Source of the DNA: Ginglymostoma cirratum
Lineage: Eukaryota
DNA: 64,000 bases
Assembly: GCA_024137785.1 (NCBI GenBank)
Contig: JAHRHZ010000058.1
Coordinates: forward strand, 17,500,599-17,564,598
Direction of reading: 5' to 3'
Shown: positions 49,393 through 62,775 of the stretch, piece after piece
Position numbering within the stretch: position 1 is the first letter of the stretch
Layout: each line of letters opens with the position of its first letter
Position numbers and translations under genes: made by a program
Notes under the pieces: model-generated
What the model was told of the DNA's origin: nothing
Seen by the model: only the letters and a program-made list of their open reading frames with translations
Database searches by the model: none

Positions 49393-50659
49393 GTAAATCA
49401 GAAGATTTATATCCACTGCAGACATCCTCTCTACGCATTTTTTTTCTTTTCTGTGAGTGTGCTTTTGCAATCAATGTTAGTGAATGGCTTTGCGGAGATT
49501 GTAGAATCCTGAATAAACAAAATAACTAAAGTAAAAGTTTTTTCAAATAGTTGTTACCATTTTACTTTGATAATCCCATTATGTCTTGTTCTGATACGAC
49601 TATGTTGGGAGCATTCACTATGCTGTAAAATCAATGAAAATCAAGTAGCAGTAAGAATGCAGTGGTAAATTTGAGAGTGCTGAATGAATTGCGATTCCTG
49701 TGCAGTATCATGAATGAAACCTACAGGCATCTCAATATTTCTGAATCTTGCTTCAGCTTGTTTAGGGAGAAACAATCACAATAATGTCAGGAGAGTATCC
49801 AAAGTAAATTTGTTGAATTGTTTTCTATTAACCTGTAATTGCATTTCTGCAGTTGTCATTTTGATTTCATTGATTGTAATCTCTTTCCCTATAACCTAAT
49901 AATCAGAATTTTCCTGAAATGGTGATTATCAAGATTTGATCAAAGAATCAGTTAAGAAAATTCATGTATTACATATATTTACACAGAGGTCTGGCAATAA
50001 TATTAAATGTCAGCTACTTCTAGTTGCAAGCTGCAGGTAGTGTTCGATACAAAGATTTATTTTCAAGATATTGAGATATGATTTATTGTCGTAGAGTGTC
50101 TAACATTGTTAATTAGTGTTACTCCTGTACAGTCAGGTTTTTAGACATTGAAGGTATATGTTTATAATGCTGAATGAGGAAGAGTGGGCATCAGGGACCT
50201 AAATGAACAGCAGCGTGTTTTCTCTAAACTAATCAGATTGAAATATTGTAAAATTAAGGGATTGCGAAGGAAATGTAAATTAGAGTGGATGAATTCAATG
50301 GCATAAGAGGTACAGAAAGAGAAATAGAGAGAAAGAAAGATTAGATTGAGTGACAGCAACAAAACAGACTAAAATCAGTGTTGCAAAATAAAGATACTTT
50401 TTTTTTACAAACCCAATAACAATTAAAACATAAAGAAACAAAACTCTGCATTTGTAATCATTAGTTTTCAATTCCAAAGAGGTTAGCCATCTATACTTAT
50501 CAGTTAGCATGTTTTCAAAAGGCTTCTGAAACTTAGACAGACAAGAGTTTATATTCTGTATCTATCCACAAATACAGCAAAGGAAGATTAACAGGGACCT
50601 GTTTACAGGAAGCTAAGTGTGAAACAGTGCAATTTGGTCTGCAACCTTTAGATTTCTGG

Positions 50660-50797
50660 ATGTTTTGTAGTCAACATGTTCAGAGATGTTGTTACACACT
50701 CCTGGAGCAAGTGGGATTTGAACTCAGGCTGCCTCCTGGTTCAGAGTCAGAGACACTATCACTGTAACAAAGGAGCCCTCCCCCCGCCCATCCCACC
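50660..50797 (-). mobile_element. Short tRNA-derived SINE
   Basis: Minus B-box gagttcaaatccc; flanked by TSD-like ctttagatttctg / ctttagatatctg; partial + strand copy at ~60268-60325. Confidence 0.6.
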
Positions 50798-50904
50798 AAC
50801 TTTAGATATCTGTGTTCAACCCTGAAATTGCTCACACCAGAAGTTATTGCAACACTTGAGCATAAGTAACAGCAAGCACCATCAGCCTTACTATTAATCT
50901 GACA

Positions 50905-51300
50905 GAAGTCTATGGGCTAATATTGTGTTCAGTTGTAGGTGCCACATTATGGGAAGCATGTGATTCATTGGAGAGGGTAAAGCCAATTTACAAGAATGAT
51001 TCCTGAAATGAGAAACTTCAGTTGTGAGGATAGATTGAATAATTTGGGACTGTTCTCCTTTGAGAGAAGGTGCAGAGGAGATTTGATAGTGGTTTTCAAA
51101 ATCATAAGCAGGCTGGACAGAGGAGGTAGAGAGAAACTGTTCTCCCTTGTGAAACAAAAAAAGACAGCAAGAGAGCAAACGAAGCAAGAACAATTTGAGA
51201 AAAAATATTTTCAAACATTGGGTAGTTAGGGTATGGAATGCACTGCATGGAGATTTGACGGGAACATGTTTAATCAAGGCATACAAAATAGAAATGGGGA
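50905..51300 (+). mobile_element. CR1 LINE 3' fragment
   Basis: MIPEMRNFSCEDRLNNLGLFSFERRCRGDLIVVFKII. Confidence 0.82.
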
Positions 51301-51549
51301 AAAGTGCATATCTGCACTGTGACAGTTCTGTGATTGTGAATATTATTCAGGACTATTCCCTGATATCATTCGTTTTGGCAGTATTCTGTTAACTTGATTA
51401 ATATCTAAAAATTTTGTTAGGTGCAGAGATATAAGTGGCAAGCTATCTTGTGTAAGTATCTGGTGCTGTTAATAGGATGCTAAATAACTAGGAGTTAAAG
51501 GTACCAAGGAAGACAAGTGTTGTGAACTAATTAGTTAATTGAATCACTG

Positions 51550-52975
51550 AATCCCAGATGTTTGAGTGGGGAAGGGAGCAATTCAGCCCTTCGTGCCTGG
51601 ACTGGCTCTTCAAATAAGCATGATAACCTAATGGCAATTTTCTGCTTTAACCACATGCGCTTATATGTTATTTTTATCAAAATAATCTCCAGTGCTGTTG
51701 AATTCCTCAATTGAACCTGTCCCAGCCACACTTTTAGGCAATGTATACCCTAACTACTTGCTGAATGAAAATGTTTTTTTTTCAAATCAACTGTGATTCT
51801 TTTGCACGTCATCACTTTTTAATTACATGACCTCTCATTCTTGTGCCTTTTACAAACAGAAACAATTTCTTCCTATCTGCTCTATCCAGCCTGCTCACGA
51901 GAGAACTCCTCTGTTTCTGTACTCTCTATAATGCATTCTATTCTTCTTTTAATGTGCCACACAAAACTGTACACAATGCTCCAATTGAAGTCTGACGAGA
52001 GTCTTGTACAAGTCCAACATCATCTCATTCTATTGTCCGTATTAATAAAGCCAAGGATACTGTATACTTTACTTATTACTCTCTCCAGCTGTCTTGTCGT
52101 CTTCAATAATCTATGCATGTTGAGGTTGGTTGGCTCACTGAGCTGGTTTGTTGTTTTGCAGATGTTTTGTTACCATGCTACAGATCTACTCCAAAATCTT
52201 AGAGATTTATGCATATATACAGTAAGGTCCTTCTGCTCCAGTCCCTTTAGAATTGTACCTACCAGTTTGTATTGACTTTCAGTGTTGTTCTGACCAAAAT
52301 GCATCACCTCTTACTTCTCTGCATTGAAACTCTAAAACCTATCTGCCCACTCCACCAGCTTGCCTATTTGTCCTTTTGGAGTTCAACACTGCTCTTCTCA
52401 CACTTTACAGTTCTTCCAAGTTTTTATGTCGTCTGCAAACTTTTAACTGGTCCCCTGCATACCAAGATCTATGTCATTAATATATACCAGGAAAAGCAAG
52501 GGTCCCAGTACTACCTCTGCAGAACTCCACTACAGATCTTCCCCCATCCAAAAGATATCCATCGACTGTTACTCTGTTTCTTTTCACTCAGCCAACAATT
52601 AACCCTTTAATTTCATGACCTGTAATTTTCCCCACAAGTCTATTATGTGGCACTATATCAAACACTTTCTGAAAGTCCATACTTCAACAGCTTTTCTCCT
52701 ATCAAGCCTTTCCATTAACTCTTCAAAAAAAATTCCAGCAAGTTAAACACCATTTTCCTTGTAGAAATTCATGCTGACTGTTCTTAATCAATCTACCTTT
52801 TCCATGCTGCTACTAATTACATCTCGAATAACTGTCTCTAGGACCTTCCCTACTGTTGATGTTAAACTGACCCTGATCTATAATTACTGGGTTTTCTTGG
52901 ACAGGCCATTTATTTGCATTTTCCAGTCTTCTGGTACTTTCCCTGAGTCTAGGGAAGACTTAAGATTATGACCAA
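51550..52975 (-). mobile_element. Decayed CR1 LINE RT fragment
   Basis: Reverse-strand CR1 motifs (MDFQKVFD, FADD-like gtcgtctgcaaac, DWKMQI). Confidence 0.72.
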
Positions 52976-53861
52976 TTCATGTCCAGATTTAGATGTTACA
53001 AATGTTTTTATCCTGAACTCTGTGAAAGTGTGTTTAATGCTATTGCCGCTTGAAGGACCTCACATCACTCAGAATTAGAGCCTGCTTCTTTGGAGATTGT
53101 AAAATTACTGTTCCCAGTTTGGTTGTGGTGATAGCCGTTCTTCATTTGAATTGTGCACTTGTGCTTTTGACGAGAATGGAAGGTAACACGGGTCATGCTT
53201 CAAGGAATGAGCCACAGACTCAGCATGTCAATCAAGGTGTCCCCCAAATTTTCATGTTCCTTTCTCTCTTGTCCTCCCTGTCATACCCATCAGCTTTGAA
53301 CTTCTCCATATTCTCAGCCAACTTTTATTTAACTGCTGTCCCAAAGTTACCCCTTGTGCACAGGGCTACAGCTTAGCTATGCTAAACATAGTTAGTTATA
53401 CACTTCACTCTCATTGAAGTCAGGATAGTAGTGATCATTCATGTTTCCCCTACCTGTACTATTCATTGTCCTCTCATGCGCAATCTTCTCCCAACCTTAT
53501 ATATTGAGTTGTTCGCTGCTGCACAATTATTATCCCCTCTTCGTCCTAGCATGCTTCCTCCAATCCCAACAATTGATTTCTCCAGTGTCCCTGCCACAGC
53601 ACTGTCTTCAGATAAACCCCACACCCACTTGACCTTCCGTGAACAGAACCCCTGGACTGAGCTTGGCCTACCCACCTAACTGACTTAGAAGGACAATGCC
53701 TGCACCATCATTTATAACAGGTGAGAAAACCTGTCATGGCAGAGGAGCATATTAGGTATTGTAACATTGAATAGAAATGTCAACATTTTTTTAAAAACTA
53801 ACAGATTCTGTACATTGTACATAATCTACCAGCAACCTAACTTACTTTTCCAAATTCATAG

Positions 53862-53958
53862 ATTGAGGCTGCTCAAGTCCTGGATGCTGGTCGTTATACA
53901 TGTGAAGCCATAAATGTGGCTGGTAAAACAGAGAAGAATTACAACTTAAATGTTTGGG
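53862..53958 (+). CDS. HMCN1: HMCN1 exon 16, C-part of Ig 9: [32 protein letters not shown]
   Basis: TAG acceptor, GTATGT donor; phase 0->1; missed by ORF track. Confidence 0.92.
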
Positions 53959-56900
53959 GTATGTTGGCTTTGTTGCATAAATGTGGAAAAGAGATTTTCA
54001 TAACTCCTTCTGAATATCATTTTCTATAACTTGCAAGTCAATGTTAGTGAGATAACTTTTAAGTTGTATTTTTAAAATTTTGTTTAACTTCTGTATAATA
54101 TATCTGTAATTGCAGAAATTTCCTTCCACTATCTGCAGACTAGTTCTTTCTCCCCCTAGTTAAAGGCTGTGGTCATAAAGCACAATCTTGTGGTTTGGTG
54201 TACCTGCAACAATAGGTTTCTAATAATCCTTGCCAGCAAATGCAGTGGCTTACAATGAACAAGAGTGGAGTCCATTTCAGAAGTTTGTTTGCAAGAAGAG
54301 GCTCTTGCCCACAGAATGCTTGGTTGTTCAAGAGCTACTGTATGTGAAAGTGGTTTAGAGATAGGAGGGAGGGGCTTAGCCCAAGAGGAAGATTAAATTA
54401 AGATGGAAATATTGAAAGCTGTGTATAAAGCCTCAAGCTGAGAAGATTCTAGTGTCCAAAAGAAGTCAATTCTATGAGGAAAGCTGATAATCTATTACAG
54501 ATTGATTATTTGGCATAGTCTTTCCCAGTTATTCGGGACATTTGCATGGATCTCTATTCATCTACCAGACACGGATTTGCTGAATTTTCATTCTTACCTC
54601 AATTGTAATCATCAGGCAAGGAGGAGTGTGAATCACTGCTCTTCTTTAACCCCTTTGGTTGGTTGCAACGAATATTTTATATCTTTAGCATGCAGATTAT
54701 ATCACACTTCAATTAAAATGTAGTCCCAGTCAAAATTAAGGAGCCAATTACAAGGCTTACCCGAGTGAAAAAAAGAACTTTTACTCATTAGTAAACCTGA
54801 GAAAAACATCCAGTAGACAGTGCTGTAAAGTTTAAAAGGGGGTTAAACCTTAAACCAAGGAAGAATGAAAAAAGCCCTTGAGTTGTTATAGTGAATATGA
54901 GAAACAGCTGTTGAGTTGATGCCTCGTATCCTCAGCTGAGTGAAATTTATAGAATCCTTGAGTTCTTGGTGAATGGATATCTCCAATTTGTTTTATCAGT
55001 GCTGCTGCCTTTCATAATGTTGAGGAGAGAGAGCAAGATTTCCAAGTTGTACTGTTATGCATCCATTTCCTTCCTCTGTCCTGAAGGCAACTTGCACCCA
55101 AATATGTGAAATTTCCAGTAAGATATAAATCAAAAATAGTAGACAGGGGTTTCTTCACACCTGACTGAGCTTCTGTACCTTTTGATAAAATACTAATTTT
55201 GGCTTAGATTGTCTTTGTTTATCTCATTTTGGTTTCACGAACGTAGCTCAACCTAGTCAGGTGACCACCGTGGCCATCTTAGGTCAGTGTTTTCAGCGCT
55301 CTTTTGGTGCCGTGGCAGCATCCCTCTGGGCCAGAAAGCCAGGGATCACATAACAAGCCTGAACAGATGGATTGATTAAAAATATCTAAGGCAGTGTTTT
55401 TGTTTTTCCCTTTTTTAAAAATATTTAGTGTGTGAATAGTCTCCAGTACTAAAATCAGATGGTGGAAGTTGAATATTGGTAGTTCATATTTTACCACTAT
55501 TGTGACACAATGTAGAACCAGAAATGTATTACTTCATCCACATGCCCACTTGTATTCACCTGACCCTCCCCTGTTTGCCTCCATCCCTATTCCAGGAATT
55601 ATCTGTAACCAGGATCACCTTCCGAGTCAGCTGATTTTGTTAAGGCCCAAACCAGCCAGCTGCGTCATAGGATGCTTGACAGGTGTCTGCAGCTTGCTGG
55701 CTTTATGAAAATGAAGTTCAATGTCTAGTTACATGTAAGCCTCAAGTCTCTATGTTCAGGTGCATATTCTGGGAAAAAAATTGTCCATTTTGTTGCAATT
55801 CCTGGCACAAAATCAGTTCCAATGTTGCCTTGATGCCAAGGATAATACAGTGATTTGCATAGAGAATGTTGGTCATTTTTTTGCACAGGAGGTGATTAGT
55901 TAAGTATGCGAGAGGCAGTCAGGAGCTGAATGACCCATATATTAGAACATAAAATTTTATCAATGATGAGGAAGTAAGGTCCAACCCAATGGAATAAAAC
56001 TCTAATTTAAGACTCCCAAATGAAAAGGGTTAGAAAACTTTAAATCCAATTTCTAAAAACTATAGTTCCAAAACACATTTTCTGACAGCTTGGAGTTATT
56101 ACTCATAAACCACAAGGATAATCAGTGTGGGGAATTAAAATTATCTTGTGAAGTATAGACTTGCGTCTCTGAGGTTAGATTTGAAGCACATTGTCAATGT
56201 GATGTAACAAAGGACTTGTACTTTTGCATTTGGCTGGACAAAACCCTACGCAGGATTGCTTGATCCTGATATCGGTGACAAAAGTGAAGGAGCATTTCAT
56301 TTTCTGGCATTGGTTATCTTGGAGTCTGTATTTACCACGCAAGCCTAAGAATAAATGAACATTCTATTTGGACATGTAACTTGACAGCCTCTTCAAGCAC
56401 ACACTTCTGTGCTTTCCCATTTTTAGTTTCCTGGTTTCTGTACCTAGTGATATTTAAGGATCTGAGACATAAATGGCATCATTGAGATGACATGACTAAT
56501 GACTGGATTAAACTGTCAGATTTGATTTGTAAGTCACCAGTGCTGCTTTTTTCGAAGCTTAATGTCAGCTAGGCAATGATAGACTTAAAAAAGGAAACCA
56601 AGATTAGTCCTGTCATAATTTAGCATCATTGCTCTTATTTTTGGAAATCCGTATCCAAAGTTATTGTTCTTAAACTTTGAGTCATTGAAGAAAAGTTGGC
56701 CACATGCCTTCAGAAAATTGTAGTTCATTTCAGTTTAGTCTAATACAATTGTTGAATATATTCCAACTGCTCTAGGCTGGGGCCAGTTGAATCTATTTTT
56801 TATAGAAGACCTAAACTTCAGATTGGAATTTGAAACTAGATTTTCGTTAAACTACTCACCTAAGTTGAAGTAGAACTGATGCAAAATTTTCCTGAGTTTT

Positions 56901-57121
56901 CATAAGTCTGCCTAAATTTTCCAGACTTTCATTTTTTATTATTTTATATTGTCACGAATGTGTATTATTCATACAGGGGACTGGAATTATTCACAATTAA
57001 TTTATTTTACTCCACTTGCATTATATTTCTTCAAAAAAATGTGGCTTAAAATTACATCTGAGAACATCTGTTCATATGTAGTTGTAATGTTATGTAAGAA
57101 AACTTATATCTTATTATTTAG

Positions 57122-57244
57122 TTCCACCCAGTATTCAAGGATTAAATGAACTATCCAAACTGACAGTCATAGAAGGAAGTCTAATCAGCTTGATTTGTGA
57201 ATCTAGTGGTATTCCACCGCCAAGTCTAATGTGGAAGAAAAATG
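57122..57244 (+). CDS. HMCN1: HMCN1 exon 17, N-half of Ig 10: VPPSIQGLNELSKLTVIEGSLISLICESSGIPPPSLMWKKN
   Basis: TAG acceptor, GTGAGT donor; phase 1->1. Confidence 0.92.
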
Positions 57245-57811
57245 GTGAGTAGTTAACATATACAGTAAAAAGTACACTATTAATTAAAACAGAGACATCA
57301 GCTGATACAAAGAATCTGATCATGTTTCTGATCCTTGAAATAAAGAAGAAAGATCCTGTATACTTGTAGTATGTTTAAAACATTACATCATGTTGATTTT
57401 TTTTTTCCCTTTTAAATTACTGTTTCTCACACATTGAAGGTTTTGCTCATATTATGGCAGGTTGCGAGGAGTGAATTAGCTTCCACCTTTTGACAATTTT
57501 AATTGATGAGTCAATAATTTAAGAGAATAATTAATAAAATTGGCCATTAAAAAGTGCCATACAGGATAGCTAACTAATTATTTTGCTTTGTTGGTTAAGG
57601 TAGAAAAGAGCGAGACTAGGCCCGAAATCTTGATCACCGGTGAGTTAAGGAGGGAGAACCAGGGCCAACTAAGGAATTGGGTTTAATAAATCCTGACCTT
57701 GCTTTTGCAAGGCGGTGTGACACATTCTGAGCTGGCATTAGTGGAATTCACAAGGAAGTGGGAGTAGGAAGAAGATGGCCCTTCAGCCTGGTTTTTTTCT
57801 ATCCTCCCAAC

Positions 57812-58033
57812 TGTAGCGATTGTAATGAGGTCAGCCACGTGGACCTCATGGAATATGAGTTCCCTGATTGGACCAGTTAACAGCTCCCAATCAGGGAGCC
57901 CTGGCTGACAGGTATAAACAGCAGTGCCAGAGGCTCTGTACGCTCTGAGGAAGCTGGATCAGTGTCAATGACTTTTCCACGTATAAATAAAGGGTGACTT
58001 GGTGATGGGATATTGACCTCTGAAGTTATTTCA
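57812..58033 (+). mobile_element. Solo LTR (222 bp)
   Basis: Starts TGTAG, ends TTTCA; TATA-like gtataaa, AATAAA; exact 5-bp TSD CCAAC (57807-57811 / 58034-58038). Confidence 0.85.
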
Positions 58034-58109
58034 CCAACCTGCTTTGTGGTTGGGCTTTTGAGAGTGTGCACAGGTCATTGTCAGGATTAACACACAAATT
58101 GGCTGTCCT

Positions 58110-58562
58110 TTTCCGACACTCTTCTTTCTCCCTCCTCTTATCTCCATGCATAATCTCTCCCCCTGCTTCTCTCAAATACTCTTTCACCTCCTTCTCTCAC
58201 AGTCTTCCTTCCCTCTCACTCCCTTCTTTCCTCCCTTTACAATCTCCCCCGTCCCCCAACTGTCCTCTTCTCCCTCCCCTCCCTCATTTTCCTCCTTTCA
58301 TTCTCTACTTCCCTCTCTCCAACACTGTACCTCCAACTCTCTCAGCTTCTACATTTGCCTCTCCCTCCTCATTCCACTTCCCTTGTACTCTTCCTTCCCT
58401 CACAGCCCCCACCTGTCCTTCCCCATGTTCTTCCCCATCTCTCCTCCCTTCACTGTCCCTTTCTGACCCACTTTACCCCTCCATCCCACCTTCCCTCTCC
58501 GTCCTCCCACATTCCTCCTCCTTCCCATCCACCTTACCCTCCCTCTATCCCACTCTCCCCGT
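58110..58562. repeat. Low-complexity C/T-rich tract
   Basis: strongly pyrimidine-biased + strand. Confidence 0.85.
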
Positions 58563-58974
58563 CGCAGCTACACATGAAAATGGCAAGTGCGAAGAAGGCC
58601 ATAAGTTAGAGAATTCGTGAATAGAAGGGAGAAAATGAACAAAAGAGTTGACTTTTGAAGGATTAGAAGGGGAAACGGAAAGTTGACAGGAGGTAGCAAG
58701 CAGGAGGGCTACAATGAGCAGAAGGGAGCCGGCAAGTGTAGCAAAGCTGTGAGTGGGATGGAGTAAGTGGGTGTAGGCAGCAAGCATGGGAGATAGTGAA
58801 CAGTTAGTAAGTGGAAAGAGTTATTACATTGTTAGTTATTAGCAATTGGTGCAGGGTGTATAGTTACTAATGTGTTTATCTTTTATTATCTTCTTTGTAT
58901 TACACCCACCAAGATAACTTATTTGATTAAATCACTATCACAATTAAATCACTAAATCACAATCAATCCAGAAA

Positions 58975-59800
58975 TATTTTTCTAATAACTACTCTTGCTT
59001 TAATCACAATGCCTAATGCTTAGCTTGCTTTTAATGCCTTGCTAACCTGTGATATAACTATTAATGATTTGGCAATGATGTATTTGTACGCTAAGATCCC
59101 ATTGTTTCTCTTTCCCACCTAGATTTGTACCTTCCAAGTGGTAACCTCCCTATTCTTTCTGCCACAACATACTACCTCATACTATCTGTTGAATTCTATT
59201 CACCAATTTTTGGCCATTTTGCAAGGTTATTAATGATGTCCTCCTGCAACTTTGTTGCAATCCTCTACATATTGCCTAACCCCACTGCCCCTTATTTGGT
59301 GTCATTCGCAAATTTAGAAATGAGGTTCTTGATTTCAAAGTCCAAACTGTTGATGCTAATTGTGAACAGCAGTGGTCCCAGCACTGATCCTTGTGGAACA
59401 ACACTTCCCACATTCTGTCACTCTGAATAATTACACTCTATTTCCACACTTTGTCTTGAAGTCAACTACCACTTTTTTATACTAATTGTCCTTGATTTCA
59501 CGTTCTCTAGCTTTATTCTTGTCTGTCTTCTCAAAGGCTTTTTGAACATCTAGCTAAATTACATCTACTACATTTTCATTGTCCACCTTTTCTGCTACCT
59601 CCTCAAAAATTTCAACAAGGTTGTGAAAGCAAGGTTTTTGCGTTTGAAATCTATGCAAACTATTCAGTACTGTATCCCTCATTTCTAAATGTTCTGCTTT
59701 TCTCACCTTTTGTAAGGATTCCATTATTTTATCTCATTATCATTACTAAACTCTCTGGTCTATAAGTTGCTGGACATGTTCTGCTCCTGTCCTTAAATAT
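58975..59800 (-). mobile_element. Decayed CR1 LINE RT fragment
   Basis: Minus strand: [17 protein letters not shown]...ISKFANDTK (gtcattcgcaaattt; ggtcccagcactgatccttgtggaac). Confidence 0.8.
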
Positions 59801-59806
59801 AGGATC

Positions 59807-60255
59807 ATTTCAAAACACAAGCTTTTGGAGGTCAGCCCCTTCCTTAGGCATAGTGTGAGAGAGAGAGTATAAGACACAATTTATAACCAGAAAGGTAACA
59901 ACCCTAAAACTGGCTGCCTCTTGTTGAACCTTTAATTAGTTAGGAAGGAGACTAATGATTGAAATACAAAATCCAGATTCCTTTCAAGTCATTGTCCTGA
60001 GGTAATTAAAGGTTTTATCAATGTATACAAGAGGTGACACCTCAGGTCAGACAATGCATTTTAGGTGTGAGGTCTTGTTTAGAATCTGTATGTAACCCAA
60101 GACCATGATTGAGACCATCCTCATGGGTACGGAACTTGGCTATCAGCTTCTGCTCAGCAATTTGGCATTATTGTGTATTTCAAAGTCCACTTGGTGGATG
60201 CTTACTCGAAGATCCGAGGCTGAATGTCCTTGACCACTGAAGTGTTCTCCCACTG
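59807..60255 (-). mobile_element. Penelope-like 3' fragment, same family as 14011-15030
   Basis: Minus GEHFSGQGHSASDLRVS...AEQKLIAKFRTHEDGLN; decayed pLTR/hammerhead at ~59807-59850. Confidence 0.8.
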
Positions 60256-61345
60256 TAATGTAATATATTCAAATCCCACCTGCTCCAGAGGTATACAAGA
60301 ACATCTCCACAACAGGTTTATTTAAAATATCTGCAAACTAGCATGGCATTCAAGAAGAGAAGTTGAGTAGTCATCAGTTAGTGTGAATGGGTCCATAAAA
60401 GCAAGTTGAGTACATGTACTGATAAAGATTCACACATTGGTCTGGCTCAGACATATGCAAAATAATGTGGCAAACTGGAAATTGCTGTCTGTGAACTCTC
60501 ACTCATCCATTGGATGCACAGTGGAGTGTCCTACAGAGTGCGATATTCCTTGTAATTGGGAACTGATGAGAACTCCCACTTTAATGCTATCTGTGAGACT
60601 CAAAAGTACTGTGCAAAATAATTCCACCTGTGATTGAGATGTATCTGCATTTTTAGTGATGCACTAACTGCATAATCATTGTGAGCCAGCCTGCCTAGCC
60701 CTGAAAAGCCAAATTCACATTTGAGAGGTATCAACTATTTTCTTAACTGGAATGCACTGTCTGGAAATATGGCGGAGTCTGGTTCATTTGAGACATTCAA
60801 GAGACATTAGATGTTTATTTGAATAGAAGCATTTTTTTTTTTACAGGGAAGAGTGACACTAATTCATAATGCTGTTGTAGACAGCTGGTGTGGATAAGTT
60901 GGGCCACATGGCCTCCGTATGCACCATAAAAAATCTTCGATTCTCTAATTAAGAAGTCCACATATTTGAATAATTATATCTTTTAAAAGTCTTTTTATTT
61001 GCTATAGATTTTAATGTGATGTAGTTGTGTAAGCATTTTGCTATCTGAACAATTAAAAATGACAAACCTTGCGTGTCTTTCAATTCCTGCTTTGCTGCAA
61101 TGTGAAAACTTTGGTTTAATTGCTTACTTACCTTGCTGATATCATTACTGCTGCATATCAAGATATCCTCTTGATGCCAGCTTTAAATTAATGTCTAGGA
61201 AAAGGAAATCCCCGCCACAGAGATTACTAGATCTTCGAAAACAGCTTCTTTTGAGTTCAGCAGCAAAACTCCTTCATTGATGACTGTAAAATCTTGGCTT
61301 TGTATGTGCCCGTACTTGCTGAGACTTGGCATTTCGATGCAGCAT

Positions 61346-61509
61346 GCAACAGGCCTGAATGAACCTTTAATTCCTTTACCTGCTTCTTGTGGATATATAG
61401 TCCTGCTGCACCTTGCCTTTGATACCATCCCAAATCTTGCCTCCAGGAAAGTAGTCCAGGGCCAGATGAAGCCAAAGAACTGCCACACTGGCTAGCATCT
61501 GCCTGTATT
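61346..61509 (+). repeat. 164-bp direct repeat, copy 1 (unclassified)
   Basis: Ungapped match to 63053-63216, 16 mismatches by hand count. Confidence 0.92.
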
Positions 61510-62099
61510 TAAATTCAGGAGTACGCCAACATTCTTCCAAGTTTAAGGAATTACTTCCTTCACTTCTCTGCCGCAGCCCCAGACTGGGTTTCCCAGTTTT
61601 GAAATCATTAGAATTCTGACAATAGAGTTTCCTTGACACGGTATTAATTAAATATTTATGAAATGTTTTGATGTTAACTACTATTACTACACTAAGCTTT
61701 GTAGTCTTTAATTTTGATAACTGGCATCTAATTTCACATCTTTGATCTTTGCTGTTCTGCCTAATTTCAACGTCAGATAAGGGAAGGATATTCTATTAGA
61801 TTTTGGTGTTTCTACTTTGTTCATTAGTTACGTGATCTCAGTTTCTCAATTCTTCCTATGAATGACAACAGAGTGAGGTGATGCATTGTATCAAGAAGAC
61901 ATACATCAAAGGGTGAGGGATAGGAAAGGTACAAATGAACTTTGCAGATCTCTAAATTCTTCACATTTGTCTTTGACTGTCAGGGAAGTGCTTGATTGCT
62001 AATATTGAGTTAGAAAATCATTATGTATTACGACATCATTTCTATAAAAACTTGCTGTATGTTTTTTATGAAATCTCTTTTGTACTTATTACATTTTAG

Positions 62100-62261
62100 G
62101 TTCTCCATTGCTGAATGACCGTACTGGACAAGTTCGTATTGTCTCTGGAGGACGACAGCTCCAAATCTCAAATGCTAAAACATCCGACAGTGCATCCTAC
62201 ACTTGTGTGGCATCTAATATCGCTGGAAATAGCATAAAGGAATACACTGTGGAGGTTTATG
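62100..62261 (+). CDS. HMCN1: HMCN1 exon 18, C-half of Ig 10: GSPLLNDRTGQVRIVSGGRQLQISNAKTSDSASYTCVASNIAGNSIKEYTVEVY
   Basis: TAG acceptor, GTATTC donor; phase 1->1. Confidence 0.91.
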
Positions 62262-62392
62262 GTATTCACAAAACTTGGCCTTAGCTGATTTTTTTGTGAA
62301 TGTAAAGTTACCTTCGCGTTGTTACTAACCCTATACCGGTTAATACGTGGGGACATTTCATCATTATTCTTGACCTTTACTAAAACATATTA

Positions 62393-62742
62393 GGGGCACC
62401 ATTGTGGCTCAGCGGTTAGCACTGCTGCCTCACAGTGCCTGGGTTCAATTGCACCCTCGGACAACTGTTTGCACATTCTCCCTGTGTCTGCATGGGTTTC
62501 GGCTGGGTGCTCTGATTTCCTCCCACAATCCAAAGATGTGAAGTTTCAGTGCAGTAGCCATGCTAAATTGCCTGTAGTGTCCAGGGGTGTGTACTTTAGG
62601 TGGATTAGCCATGGGAAATGCAGGGTTACATACGGAAAGGGTAGGAGAATGGGTCTGTGTGGGATGCTGTTCAGAGAGGTGGTTTAGACTTGTTGGGCTG
62701 ATTGGCCTGTTTCCACGCTGTAGGAATTCTGTGATTCTATGA
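62393..62742 (+). mobile_element. HE1-type V-SINE
   Basis: tRNA-like head, V-domain, gattctatga tail. Confidence 0.85.
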
Positions 62743-62775
62743 TATTGTGAAACAGCAAACCAGCAATAAAAATAT

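Larger units (their letters stand above)
793..62261 (+). other. HMCN1: Hemicentin-1 gene, internal portion (18 exons, 10 tandem Ig I-set domains; partial, extends beyond both window ends)
   Basis: 18 exons splice in frame (2793 nt, no stops). Peptides such as [65 protein letters not shown] and LTVIEGSLISLICESSGIPPP closely match, in the same order, the human HMCN1 Ig array as I recall it. Confidence 0.93.

Noticed and set aside
687-49512. ORF-track starts and ends for Ig-containing ORFs
   Set aside because: They run into introns; true boundaries are the splice sites given
58066-58620. 184-aa Pro/Ser/Leu-rich ORF (similarly 23589-23933)
   Set aside because: A pyrimidine-rich low-complexity tract lacks stops by composition; no splice or domain support
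793-62261. Alternative identity as HMCN2, titin or another Ig-repeat gene
   Set aside because: Domain-by-domain peptide order matches HMCN1 as recalled; a reciprocal BLAST would confirm
2569-62742. All HE1 SINE copies are in sense orientation
   Set aside because: Only five copies; insufficient to claim bias, and they form no inverted pairs for circRNA
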